NCBI GenBank assembly: GCA_013239625.1
Contig: MU054188.1
Coordinates: 66,234 to 130,233, forward strand
From: Lama guanicoe
Taxonomy: Eukaryota
Length of the DNA stretch: 64,000 nt
Direction: 5' to 3'
Below the pieces are notes generated by a model. That model worked only from the letters and a program-made list of their open reading frames with translations, was not told where the DNA came from and did not search any database. Made by a program: the position numbers and the translations under genes. Each line of letters starts with the position of its first letter. The first letter of the stretch is position 1. Positions 39,066-50,572 of this stretch are shown one piece after another.

Positions 39066-40388
39066 ATGGCCTTTCTGGTTCTCCTGCTACTTGTGGCCAC
39101 GTCCTCGACCGCCTTCTCCACACCCACCTCTGACACACTCCATGCCCATTCCTCTTGCCCCGGGCCCCTCACCCACACCGAGCACCCTACTCCCACGCTA
39201 GGGTCCGCCTTCGGGCCCCTCTGCGGGCCAGCAAGCCCGCGTACCCGCAGCCGGCGCCTCCTGTACCGGCATGGGCTGGCCTGGCTCCTCTCCTGGTTCC
39301 AGCCCCATGGTGGGGGATCGGGCACCAACAAGACCACAGCAAACCCCTGCCCATCCTGGGACTGTCCCTCCCAGGCCTCTGCTGTCCCAACACGGCTTTA
39401 CACCAGCCAGCCGAGTGACCACGGAGACACACTGGACAGAGGGCAGCTGCTGACTCCTGTGCCGCACTTCCCAGGACCTCCTCCAACTGAGCCGCGGGTA
39501 TCCGGCCCCAAGCCTCATGTGGACGCAGTGCGCGTCATCCTTTGCCTCTGGCCGTCGGCACCTCTGCCGGTCCCGGGTCAGCTGGCAGGAAGAGGCTGCT
39601 ACACCGTGGATGAAGAACTCATCCTGCCGGTCCTCACGCGTGCCGTCCCCTACCTTGGCCCTGGCTCCCTTGGCCCTGGTTCCCTCCCTGACTCTCAGCC
39701 CCAACCTCCTCCACGAAGGGAAGAACAGGTACCACCAGTCCAGCCTGCCCTACAGCCAGCCAGCCAGACTGGAGCCCAAGACACAGACCGGAAAGAAAAA
39801 CCTGGACCCAAAGGCCGTCCTGCCCCTGACGCAGACTGGAAACATCCCAGGCCACCAGCCCAGGCCAGGCTCGAAACACCGCTGCTGTGGCCGGAGCAGT
39901 CGCGTCAGTGGTGGTCCAAGGAGGCAACGGCGGGCTTTGGCAAGGGCAGGCACTCCAACGTCACCATTCCGGTGCCCGGGACCCTTGAGAGCGTGGTCCT
40001 TCTCCTCATGGGTCACTGGGCCGAGGCGCCGGCAGGCCCCTGGGCTGGGACCACATTCCACCTACCGTCCTGGTTCCATAACACCTGCGGGCTCATCTTT
40101 GTCCTCAGAGTCATCTTGGGGAGGAGAAAGGGGCCAGCAGAACAGGAGTCCCGGGTCGTGGCAGGGAGGGAGGGGCGTGGGCACATTCCATCGGAGCCCT
40201 TGGCCCTGAGCCTGGAGGAGTCCTTGGCTGAGCTCCAGAGGCTGCTGGAGAGGAATTATGAGCTGGACTGGGAAGCGGAGGCCTTGCAGCAGCAGGAGTG
40301 GTGGGGCAAGCAGGAGGCTGAGGTCAATGAGATCAAAAGGGCCTTGGAGGGTTTGCTCCACGAGGTGTTNNNNNNNNNNNNNGGGTGA
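39066..40388 (+). CDS. uncharacterised ~435-440 aa ORF with signal peptide, Pro-rich region, possible TM segment and C-terminal coiled coil (3' end in N gap)
   Basis: Stop-free for about 434 codons before the gap; N-terminus MAFLVLLLLVATSSTAFS; upstream TATA/CCAAT; AATAAA at 40448-40453. No family recognised. Confidence 0.55.
   Translation: MAFLVLLLLVATSSTAFSTPTSDTLHAHSSCPGPLTHTEHPTPTLGSAFGPLCGPASPRTRSRRLLYRHGLAWLLSWFQPHGGGSGTNKTTANPCPSWDCPSQASAVPTRLYTSQPSDHGDTLDRGQLLTPVPHFPGPPPTEPRVSGPKPHVDAVRVILCLWPSAPLPVPGQLAGRGCYTVDEELILPVLTRAVPYLGPGSLGPGSLPDSQPQPPPRREEQVPPVQPALQPASQTGAQDTDRKEKPGPKGRPAPDADWKHPRPPAQARLETPLLWPEQSRQWWSKEATAGFGKGRHSNVTIPVPGTLESVVLLLMGHWAEAPAGPWAGTTFHLPSWFHNTCGLIFVLRVILGRRKGPAEQESRVVAGREGRGHIPSEPLALSLEESLAELQRLLERNYELDWEAEALQQQEWWGKQEAEVNEIKRALEGLLHEVXXXXXG
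40370..40382. other. assembly gap (13 N)
   Basis: Run of N. Confidence 1.
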
Positions 40389-42232
40389 GTTGGGGGGGAG
40401 GGGTTGGGGGGGCATGGGAGGAGAGCTTCCCATGTATGTGGATTGTCAATAAATAACGTGTTGGAATGCAAAACGTGTCCACGAGTGATGGGGGCCCCGG
40501 AAACCGCATCGCACAGAGTCCTCACACCCTTCAGCGGGCTGGTGTCCGCTGGGCAGGTGCCTCCGTGGCTCTGAACTATGGAAAGCCAGCACCACGACAC
40601 CCTGCCCGACCTGCTGGTGCCAGGGCTGAGCGGGGTCCCTTCGGATGGAAAGAAACCAGGCAGAGGGTCTGCTCCTGCTGTTTCTCAAAAGACCACTTCC
40701 AGCCTGAGACAGCCAGTTTGTGGCAAAACTCAGGTTTGCACCTGACGTTCTGGCTCTGCCCTCCAGCCACGGTGGCAGTGCCCCTCCACCCCAGGGTCCT
40801 GCACGGGGCAGGCCTCGGATGATCGATCACGGGGGAGGGACCAGAGGCAGGAGCTCTACTCTCAGCTGCTGGGTGGGGGCACGGGGAGAGGGGGCGCAGA
40901 CAGCTGGCTGTGCGCTCAGAGCCACAGAAGCCCTACAGGACTGGGGGCGGACTTGCTCTGGCTGCTCTAGGTTGGAGGAGCGGGGCTGGCTGGACAGAGC
41001 AAGGCAGAGCAGCTTTCAGGTGGGAACTGGGAGACCGGAGGGTGCTGGCGGACGTGGAGGGAAGTGGCCGTTTCCAAGAGGCAGAGCTGAGCGTCGGTGA
41101 TGAGTAGGACACTGGGGGCTGCGGGGCAGGGTGGGATCCATCTCCCAGGAGCCACCCCAGTAGTCCCCACTCACGTCCTCGACCAGCTGCGAGACCAAAG
41201 AGCAACTGAGTCAGTGTTCTCTGATCCCGAGGGGGCAACACGGCCCACCTGGCCGGGCGCTCCATGCAGCAGGGCCTGACATAAACTTGAGCTTGGTCAC
41301 AATGTGATGAAACAGCACTGAGTTTCATAAGTAACTCTATGGTTGACAAAACATCTTACTCACACACGAGTCTTACTAGTCACCAAAAAATATCACTGTC
41401 CTTTCTGCATACACCAGAACGCAGCTGCTGTGGCTCAGGGATATGCCAGTATAAATAACAGTCCAGCACCTAACACAGTTTCAAAAACCAGCTACTTGTA
41501 GGTAATTTATATTACAGTTTTTTATGAAAATAACACAGATTAGTGGGAAAGAGTCAGTGGCTCCCAGATTTAAATAAAAGTAGAAATCTTTACTATTAGA
41601 GCAAGAGAAGATTAGAGATTAGAAAAAAATAAGATTTTTTTAAAAAAGATTAGAGGTTAGAGATCTCTAGATTAGACTGCAATGAAATGTACACACATGA
41701 TTTATAAATAAATGATAAGGTGACCTCTCTGCCCCAAAAGAAATTCAAACATTAAGTTACCTCCTGATAAATACCAATAAGGGAAAGAGAATGGAAACAG
41801 GAGTTCAGAGAGAGGAAAGAGGCTAAACATTCAGCTGTCGAGCAAGAACTAATCGTATGCTTATTTATATGAATGATCCTGGACACTGCATTTCTATGGA
41901 TGGGGGTTCCCGTTGGATGCTTTCAGAAGAGAGAAAAAATAAACAGCAACTATCTACTCCTGAATTACAATATTTACATGCCACACTTCCAAAAGAATAA
42001 AGAGGTACAGAGTTTTTCAAAATTCATTAGAGAATTTTAATGCAAAACAGCCTGAAGACCACTGCTGAACTAGAAGGAAACTTGTTCCACTTACAACCTC
42101 CTTCCTGTGACCGTGTCGGCAGCCTGTCCTGCTCGCGCAGGCAGTGCTGCTATGCGTGAGTACACAGAAACCTGGATCAAGCAGCCATTCATTACACTTT
42201 TTTGAACCACATATGAAATAAAAATTGCAAGT

Positions 42233-43715
42233 GATATATGGTATTGTTCTTTTTCTGGCTTACTTCACTTAGAATGATGATCTGCAGGTCCATCCATGTT
42301 GCTGCAAATGACATTATTTTATTCTTTTCCATAGCAGAGTAGTATTCCATTGTATAAATATACCACAGCCTCTTTTGTATCTAATTTACTTTTTAAGATG
42401 TATTTGACATTGTTTTATTGAGTTATAGTCAGTTTACAATGTTGCATCAATTTCCAGTGCAGAGCACAATTTTTCAGTTATACCTGAACATACATATGTT
42501 CATTCTCATTCTTTTTCACCAAAAGCTACCACAAGAACTTGTATATATTTCCCTGTGCTATACAGTATAATCTTGTTTATCTATTGTATATATACCTGTC
42601 AGTGTCTACAAATTTTGAACTCCCAGTCCGTCCCTTCCCACCCCTCTCCCCCTGGCAACCAGAAGTTTGTATTCTGTGTCTATGAGTCTGTTTCTGTTTT
42701 GTGTTTATGTTCATTTGTCTTTTTCTTTTATTTCTTTGTTTCTTTCTTTTTTTTTAGATTCCACATATGAGCAATCTCATATGGTATTTTTCTTTCTCTT
42801 TCTGGCTTACTTCACTTAGAATGACATTCTCCAGGGACATCATGTTGCTGCAAATGGCATCATGTTGTCATTTTTGTGGCTGAATAGTATTCCATTGTAT
42901 AAATATACCACCTCTTCTTTATCCAGTCATCTGTCAATGGACTTTTAGGCTGTTGCCATGTCTTGGCTATTGCAAATAGTGCTAGGAACATTGGGATGCA
43001 GGTGTCTTTTTGAAGTAGGGTTCCTTGTGGATATATGCCCAGGAGTGTGGATTCCTGGGGTCATATGGTAAGTCTATTCCTAGTCCATACTGTTTTCCAC
43101 AGTGGCTGCACCAAACTGCATCCCCACCAGCAGTGTAGGAGGGTTCCTCTTTCTCCACAGCTTCTCCAGCATTTGTCATTTGTGGGCTTTTGAGTGACGG
43201 CCATTCTGACTGGTGTGAGATCATACCTCACTGTAGTTTTGACTTGCATTTCTGTGATAATTAGCGATATTGAGCATTTTTTCATGTCCCTGTAGGGGAC
43301 ATGTTTGTATGTTTTCATTGGAGAAATGCTTGTTTAGGTCTTCTGCCCATTTTTGGATTGGGTTGTTTGTTTTTTAGTTATTCAGTTGTATGACCTGTTT
43401 ATATATTCTGGAAACTGAGACTTTGTCAGTTGAAATATTTGCAAATATTTTCTCCCATCTCGTAGGTTGTCTTTTCGTTTTGCTTACTTTCCTTTGCTGT
43501 ACAAAAGCTTATAGGTTCAGTTAGTTCCCATTTGTTTACTTTGCTTTTATTTCTGTCGCTTGGTTGGGTAGACTGCCCTAGGAGAACATGGCCGAGGCGA
43601 ATGTCAGATCATGTTTCGCCTATGTTTCCTTCTAAGAGGTGTGTAGTGTCTTGTCTTATGTTTAAGTCTTTAAGCCATTTTGAATTTATTTTTGTGTATG
43701 GTGTGAGGGAGTAGT
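42233..43715 (-). mobile_element. 5'-truncated L1 (ORF2 C-terminus + 3' UTR) plus a short adjacent L1 fragment at 42233-42370
   Basis: Minus-strand DLTPVRMA...[17 protein letters not shown] and [18 protein letters not shown] motifs; L1 3' UTR. Confidence 0.93.
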
Positions 43716-44144
43716 CTTTCTGTGTTTTGAAAACGGAGCATTTTGGTATGGTGTGGAAAAGCAACATGAGGATGGGAGGAAAACGCCTTGAAAAATGACA
43801 CAATTTCCTCCAGGAAGTGGAAAAAGAAAGTCCCCATTACAAGGCAGTCCTGTTGAGAAACTGCATATCAGACATAAGAGTTATGTTTCTGTATTCAGTA
43901 TCTTTGTAAATATGCTTTCTAGTCACAGACTTACAGGCATGAGATTCGTAACAGATACTGATTTGTTATAAATGTCTCTTAGTAAGATGTCGAAGGCACT
44001 GCTGTGTTAACAAACTGATTATTACGTAAAAGGACACAGTGCACCAGAGTTGGTTTGCTAGGATACTTCATTCAGGTTCCAAAGCTAGGTTCTTGCCACT
44101 TCTTCCTTCAGGTGGAATCACCCCTGACCTGGCAGGAGGCAGTG

Positions 44145-45076
44145 ATGAGGAATCATACAGCAGTAACAACATTCATCCTGCTGGGATTAACAATGACCCA
44201 GAACTGCAAGTTCTGCTCTTTCTATTTCTGTTCCTCACCTGCATGTTGAGTGTGGCTGGGAACCTCATCATTATCACCCTGACACTTTTGGATTCCCATC
44301 TTCAAACTCCCATGTATTTTTTCCTCCGAAATGCCTCTTTCTTAGAAGTCTCATTCACCACGGTCTGTATTCCCAGATTCCTGTATACTCTGACAACTGG
44401 AGACAATACTGCTACCTATAATGCTTGTGCCACCCAATTCTTTTTTGTTGTCCTCTTTGGAGCAACCGAATTTTTTCTCCTGGCCGCCGTGTCCTATGAC
44501 CGCTACGTGGCCATCTGTGAGCCCCTGCACGACATGACCACCGTGAACAGCAGGGTCTGCACGACACCCGTTCTGTGCTGTTGGTTTGCGGGCCTGTTGA
44601 TTGTCCTCCCGCCTCTGGGCGTGGGCCTCTGGCTGGAATTCTGTGACTCGAATGTGACTGATCGTTCTGGCTGTGATGCATCATCACAGATAACCTGCTC
44701 AGACACTGTGCTGACAGAGAGAACGGTCTTGAGTTTGGCGGTGCTGACACTCATTACGACCTTCGTGTGCGTAGTCCTCTCCTACACGTACATCATCAGG
44801 ACCATTCTAAGACTCCCTTCTGCCCAACAAAGGAAAAAGGCCTTTTCCACCGGCTCCTCCCACATGACTGTGGTTTCCATCACCTACGGCAGCTGCATCT
44901 TCATCTACATCAAACCTTCCGCAAAGGAAGGAGTGGCCATCAACAAAGTGGTGTCTGTGCTCACCGCTTCAGTTGCCCCTTTGCTGAATCCATTCATTTA
45001 TACCCTTCGAAACAAACAAGGGAAAGAAACCTTCGAAGACACAGTAAAATGGACTGTGTTTCTCACAAAGAGGTAA
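44145..45076 (+). pseudogene. olfactory receptor OR6C-family (OR6C2/OR6C68-like) pseudogene
   Basis: ATG at 44145 ([16 protein letters not shown]), then a 1-nt frameshift near 44192 into the frame with [23 protein letters not shown] and [12 protein letters not shown]. Also KAFSTC>KAFSTG and a short in-frame deletion in ECL2. Confidence 0.88.
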
Positions 45077-45829
45077 GACACTATTGCTGTTTTTTGAGAC
45101 TGACTTAAAATTAAACCTGAGTAACCCAGGAGCAACATTCATGAATTTGCCAAATAAACAGTTTCTTCCGATTCTGTAGGTTAATCAAGCGAATCCTCTC
45201 CCAGGAATTTTCTTTTATACTCCAAATGCCAAAATCAAGCTCCTTCTTTCAAGTTTATTTTATTCAAAATGTTTTTTTTCCCATTAATACATGTTTCAGA
45301 GACTAGATTCCCAAAATACTCAATGTCATAAAAGGGAAATAAAGATACATGAAGCTGTATGTCTGGGCATATGGCCTTCTCGTGATGTGGAATATAAATG
45401 CCCAGACAGCATTTCTCACATGTTAGGAAGACTCCAGTGCCCAGGGTCCAGTTGAACAAGAGTAATTCAAAATTCTTCATCAAAGCTTAAAACATGGTCT
45501 TAAAGAAAAGTTTGCACTCCAGAGCTCTCTTTGTCATGTTAAAATGTCCAGTTTTTAGGAATGAGTAAAAGGTGTTAATGGGGAAAATTCAAAATCAGTG
45601 AAGATAATAATTTTAAACCAATTTATCTACAAAAATGTTTCTACTGGCCTATCTAGAAATGATGTGCATGTACTGCATCTTGAAATACCTGATTACAGAA
45701 GAGAAGGAACAAGACTTCTGAGCGCTAGAGTCGTCTACTGACACGGCCCCTGACGGTGCTTAGACACAGACCCCAGGAGAACAAGCCCTGACTTTGGGAG
45801 TAGGGCGAGTAAATCTTACCAGAAACATA

Positions 45830-46950
45830 AACATGAAGGCAAAAAAGAAATTTAAGAAGATGATATGGGAGAACAGTTTCATAGCCTTGGGTTAGGGAAG
45901 AATTTCTTAAATTAGATACAACAAACAATTGATAAACACAACTGCACTAAGATTAAGAATTTGTTCACCAAAAGAAACCCATTAACAGAGTCAATAGTAG
46001 AAGATATCTGCAACTCATATAACCCAAAAAGTAATTAAATTGAGAATATATAAGGAATTCCAATAAATCAATAGGAAAAAGACAGATAACCCAATGAAAA
46101 AGAAGTGGTCAAGAGACCGGAATAGGAACTTCAAAAAAGAGAAAAATAAATGGCTAATACAGGTATAGAAAATTCTTCACCTACACTAGTAATTACAGAA
46201 AAGCAGATTAAGGTCACATGAGTTCCCTAATTCAAAAAGATACATGCACCCCAATGTTCATAGCAGCACTGTTTCCAATAGCCAACCTAAAAGTCCATCG
46301 ACAGATGAATGGATTAAATAAGATGTGGGGTGTGTGTGTGTGTGTGTGTGTGTGTATACACACACATACACAATGAAATACTACTCAGCCATAAAGAGAA
46401 TGAGATAATGCCATTTGCAGCAACATGGATGGACCTAGAGATTACACAAAGTGAAGTAAGACAAAGACAATGACATTGCTTATATGTGGAATCTAAAAAA
46501 TGATACAAATGAACTTGTTTGCAGAACAGAAATAGACTCACAGACATAGACATACCAGAGGTGGTGATACTGGAAATAATTAGAGTACTTTGAAATCAGT
46601 TTGGCATCACTAGTAAAGTTGAAGCTATTCATACCAATAACCCAGCAATTCCATTCTTGGAATATATTTCATAGAGAAAATTTCAGACGGGTCACTATAG
46701 CTGGACATTTCATAATTTCCCCAAAATGAAAAATAAATTCCTGTCAGCTGAATGAATGAATAAATTATAGTAAATTCATACAATGGAATACTATAGTGAA
46801 AATGAATGACTCACAGCAACACAAATGAATACTAAGCATAAAATTGAACAAAAGAAGCAAGACAGTAAAGAATACATACAATGTAATCCCAAATTTATAA
46901 AGTTTGAAAACAGGCAACACTAAACTATATTGCTTAAGGATCTATACTTA
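45830..46950 (+). mobile_element. old L1M fragment with a younger L1 3' fragment nested at ~46225-46555
   Basis: aacccagcaattccattcttgg in the old element; tgcaccccaatgttcatagcagca...gcagcaacatggatggacctagag in the nested one; (TG)n at about 46330. Confidence 0.7.
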
Positions 46951-49643
46951 AGTAATAAGATTATAAGTGTAAGCAATTTAGTTGGTTGAAATTTCCTCAT
47001 ATGCAAATGCAGATAAAAATAAGAACAGGCTGCAAAGATTTCTGTGAGGACTAAATAACTTACTGCATGTAACAGACTCAGCCTCTCCTTTAAAAACAAT
47101 AGAGAACACTTAACAAGCAAAGTTACTCATATGGTTCTCCTTGGTCTTGCTGTTAATGTTCCTGGTGTTAATACTGCTATTGATTTTTTATCTTTTGAAA
47201 CTTCTGTGAACACAAACCTCTATCCAAAACAAAGGTTTTAGCCACATGTTTTCTCCTTTTTGAGTCTGATCTTCATACTTCATTCTTATAATAGCAGGTG
47301 ATGAACACGAGGAAAGGAATGGACAGAAAATAAGATGATATTGATTTATATTTTGGAGTGGGTGGTGAGTGAATGACTTAATCATCATTTGAGAGATGGT
47401 TTCATTTCTGATGAATCTGCAAGTACCATAGGGGCCACCCATCCTCCTACAAATGAAAGGACCCCTAATTGTGTTGACATTACAAAAATAGCTTATGAAA
47501 TATTTTCAGAATGTGGGGCTCTTCAGTGACCCTCAAATTGCGTCACCAGTGCAGTAGCATATTTCAATGATAACTAAGCGATAATTCTTCTAACCATCCT
47601 CAAAGGCCTCACCCCATTGCTCTCAGCCTTTCTCGAACTCTTAGGCTGTAGCTGAGTCTCTCATCGCACTTTTTTTGGTCTTTTTTGCCAGCTTTATTGA
47701 AATATAGTTGATATACAACACTGTGTAACTTTAAGATGTTCAAGGTGATAATTTGATACTCTCATTGCCCTTTTGACACAGTCTCCCTGGCCCTTCTCCT
47801 CTTAGATGTGTGTCCACATCTTGCTCACAGAGTTGTCAGCAATTGGTGTTCATTAGCACCTTCTGAACTTGGGCCCACAGGGCACCTTTAGCTTCTTTAG
47901 GAAATTGATCCCCATGTGCCTGCTCTCAATACGGAGCCGATAAACTCTGGGTCACTCTTGCTTACACGGAATCTGCAATGTTCGTATCTTAGCTCCTTGA
48001 AAGAGTATGGCAGGATAGGATCAGACAGTATAAAGAAAATATGCTAATTTTTCACTAGTTGTAGACACATGTGTGAATCTCATCTTTGATTCATCTTCTC
48101 AAATCAACAAAGTAAACAGACCACTGCAGTCATTCAAATTGTGAAGAGCATGAGCACTTTATGTTTCCAGTTCCCAGAATCACCAACATTATCATCTTGT
48201 GGACATAGACCATGAAATTATACTACTGTGAAGTTCTGGAAGAAAACAAAAAGCTACTGTTAAAACTCACAGGTGAGTACATCAGGGAAGTGAGATCCAG
48301 ATCTGAGAAAACCAGCTCAAGGTTCAACCTCACCTGGTCCCTCCGTACTCACTCACAGCTGTCGTGGGAAAATTATCACTGATGTCTGAAAGTGTATGAT
48401 TTTTCTAACTAACTATGCATGTGGATTAGATTATCCCTTAAAATGTCCTTTGCCACAGGAATCTTCAAAATCCGATAAGGCTAAAGATGGCAAAGCAGAG
48501 GTTCCTTCCTTGTGTGCCACTAATTTATCTACAAAGGACAACTGTAATAACAGTGTTAGTGTCAACCTCCTGCTCTCTGTGTTCTAAGAGCAGTGGACAC
48601 ACGTCTGAGATTAGAACCAACTTCTACTCCCGCATACTATTCAGGTATCTTCAAAAATTCCAGCCAGACCCATTCTGAGAGATGTGTCCTGTGGCTGCCA
48701 CAGTCTCTCTCTGCCTGGTGGTGTGCCAAATCAGTGCCCAGAAGACTCCAAATATGGCAGCAAAGCGTAAAGTTTAATGCTTATCAATATGATTTAGTGA
48801 TGACCAAGACCTGGACAGAGGAAAAGACTCACAGGATAAAATAACAGAGTCAGGAAACAAAGGTCTCAGAATCTTAAAGGCCAGATAGGCACCTACCCCA
48901 CAAAATTCAGAGAGGTAGCAAGAAATCAGAGTTGGATCTGGGATCTGCAGCATCGACTGCACTGGGAGAATTTCCACAGGTTACTTACAGAGAGAACCAG
49001 GAACTAGTATGTGAAGGAGATGAGGGTCAGTGACAGACACATGATGAAGTATCAGGTAGTATGTGAAGGGGAACACAGAAAGAAAAGAGGAACAGACAGA
49101 AACATTTATACAAGAACATAGAAGTGAGAGCGGTAAGTCAGCTGAAACGATTTAAGTGTTGGAAATTTATGAACATTTCATAAGAAAGGACAGGTACAGA
49201 GAGTCATTATTGGGTGCCATGTCTTTCCTAAGGACCTAGGAACAGGAGAAATGACAAAAACTTCATGAATAGAATCAGTGTTTTGCATTTTGTAGCCTTT
49301 ATCCCACTGTATGAATCTTCTATGCACATCCTTCATGTGTGTTTTAGATCTGTTTTATTCTTTGTGCTTTAGTCAATTTGTATTGATGTTTTACTGTGAA
49401 AATATTAACCTTGCCAAAAAAAGAAAAAAGCTTTATGAGTCAAGCCACTTGCACAGGAACCTTGGGGCTTCGAAAGAGCCAAGCCCAGTCCAATGGGATG
49501 CCAGTTCGGGTCAATCTGAATGAAGGGCTGGTAACATGACCTGCTTCTGTTGGTTGCTATTAACTTCATTTTTCCCACCCTGGGAAACTCCAGTTGTCAT
49601 CACTGATCCTGCCTTTTCCCCTTAGATCTACTGAGGGCCAACA

Positions 49644-50572
49644 ATGAAAAACCGAACCACATTTACTGAATTTATCTTGCAGGGCTTTACAAATCGACCA
49701 GAACTCCAAGTGGTGATATTCATCTTTCTGTTCCTCGCCTACATGTTGAGCGTCCTGGGAAATTTGACTGTCATCATACTCACTCTGATAGACCCCCACC
49801 TCAAGACCCCTATTGTATTCTTCCTCCGAAATTTTCCCTTCTTAGAAATTTCCTTCACGGCCATTTTTATTCCCAGATTTCTAACCAGTATGACAACAGC
49901 AAATAAAGTCATCTGCTTTGCTGGCAGCCTGATTCAGTATTGTTTTGCTATATTTCTTGGGGCCACAGAGTTTTACCTCCTGGCGTCTATGTCCTATGAC
50001 TGCCACGTGGCCACCTGCAAGCCCCTGCACTACCCGACCATCATGAGCAGCCGAGTCTGCGTCCAGCTCGTGTTCTGCTCCTGGCTGGGGGGGTTCCTAG
50101 CTAACTTCCCCCCAGTCATCTTGATGAGCCAGGTGGACTTCTGTGCTTCCAATGTTCTGAATCACTGCTACTGTGACTACGGGCCCCTCCTGGAGCTTGC
50201 CTGCTCAGACACAAGCCTCTTAGAACTGATGGTCATCTTCTTGGCGGTTGTGACCCTGGTGGTTACTCTGGTGCTGGTGACACTTTCTTCTACATACATT
50301 ATCAGGACAATTCGGAGGATCCCCTCTGCCCAGCAAAGGACAAAGGTTTTTTCCACAGTCCCTCCCATATGATTGTCATCTCTCTCTCTTATGGCAGCTG
50401 CATGTTTATGTACATTAATCCTTCTGCAAAAGAAGAAGGTGTTTTCAACAAAGGAATAGCTGTGCTCGTTACTTCAATTACTCCCTTGTTAAACCCTTTC
50501 ATTTACACTCTAAGAAATCAGCAAGTGAAGCAAGCATTCAAGAACACCATCAAAAAGACTGTGAAGATTTAA
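49644..50572 (+). pseudogene. OR6C4: OR6C4-like olfactory receptor pseudogene
   Basis: [14 protein letters not shown]..., [21 protein letters not shown] and MFMYINPSAKE match recalled OR6C4. Frameshift at about 50357 (KVFST|vpp instead of CSSH); DRY>DCH; PMYFF>PIVFF. Confidence 0.88.

Noticed and set aside
39066..40388. Retroviral env interpretation of the novel ORF (next to LTR, signal peptide, furin-like site)
   Set aside because: The RTRSRR site is only about 60 aa in, no CX6CC or immunosuppressive motif is seen, and the ORF is antisense to and outside the LTR.
44039..45076. 345-aa ORF suggesting an intact OR with a long N-terminus
   Set aside because: It starts at GTG; the real ATG (44145) is in another frame because of a 1-nt deletion, and conserved residues are lost.
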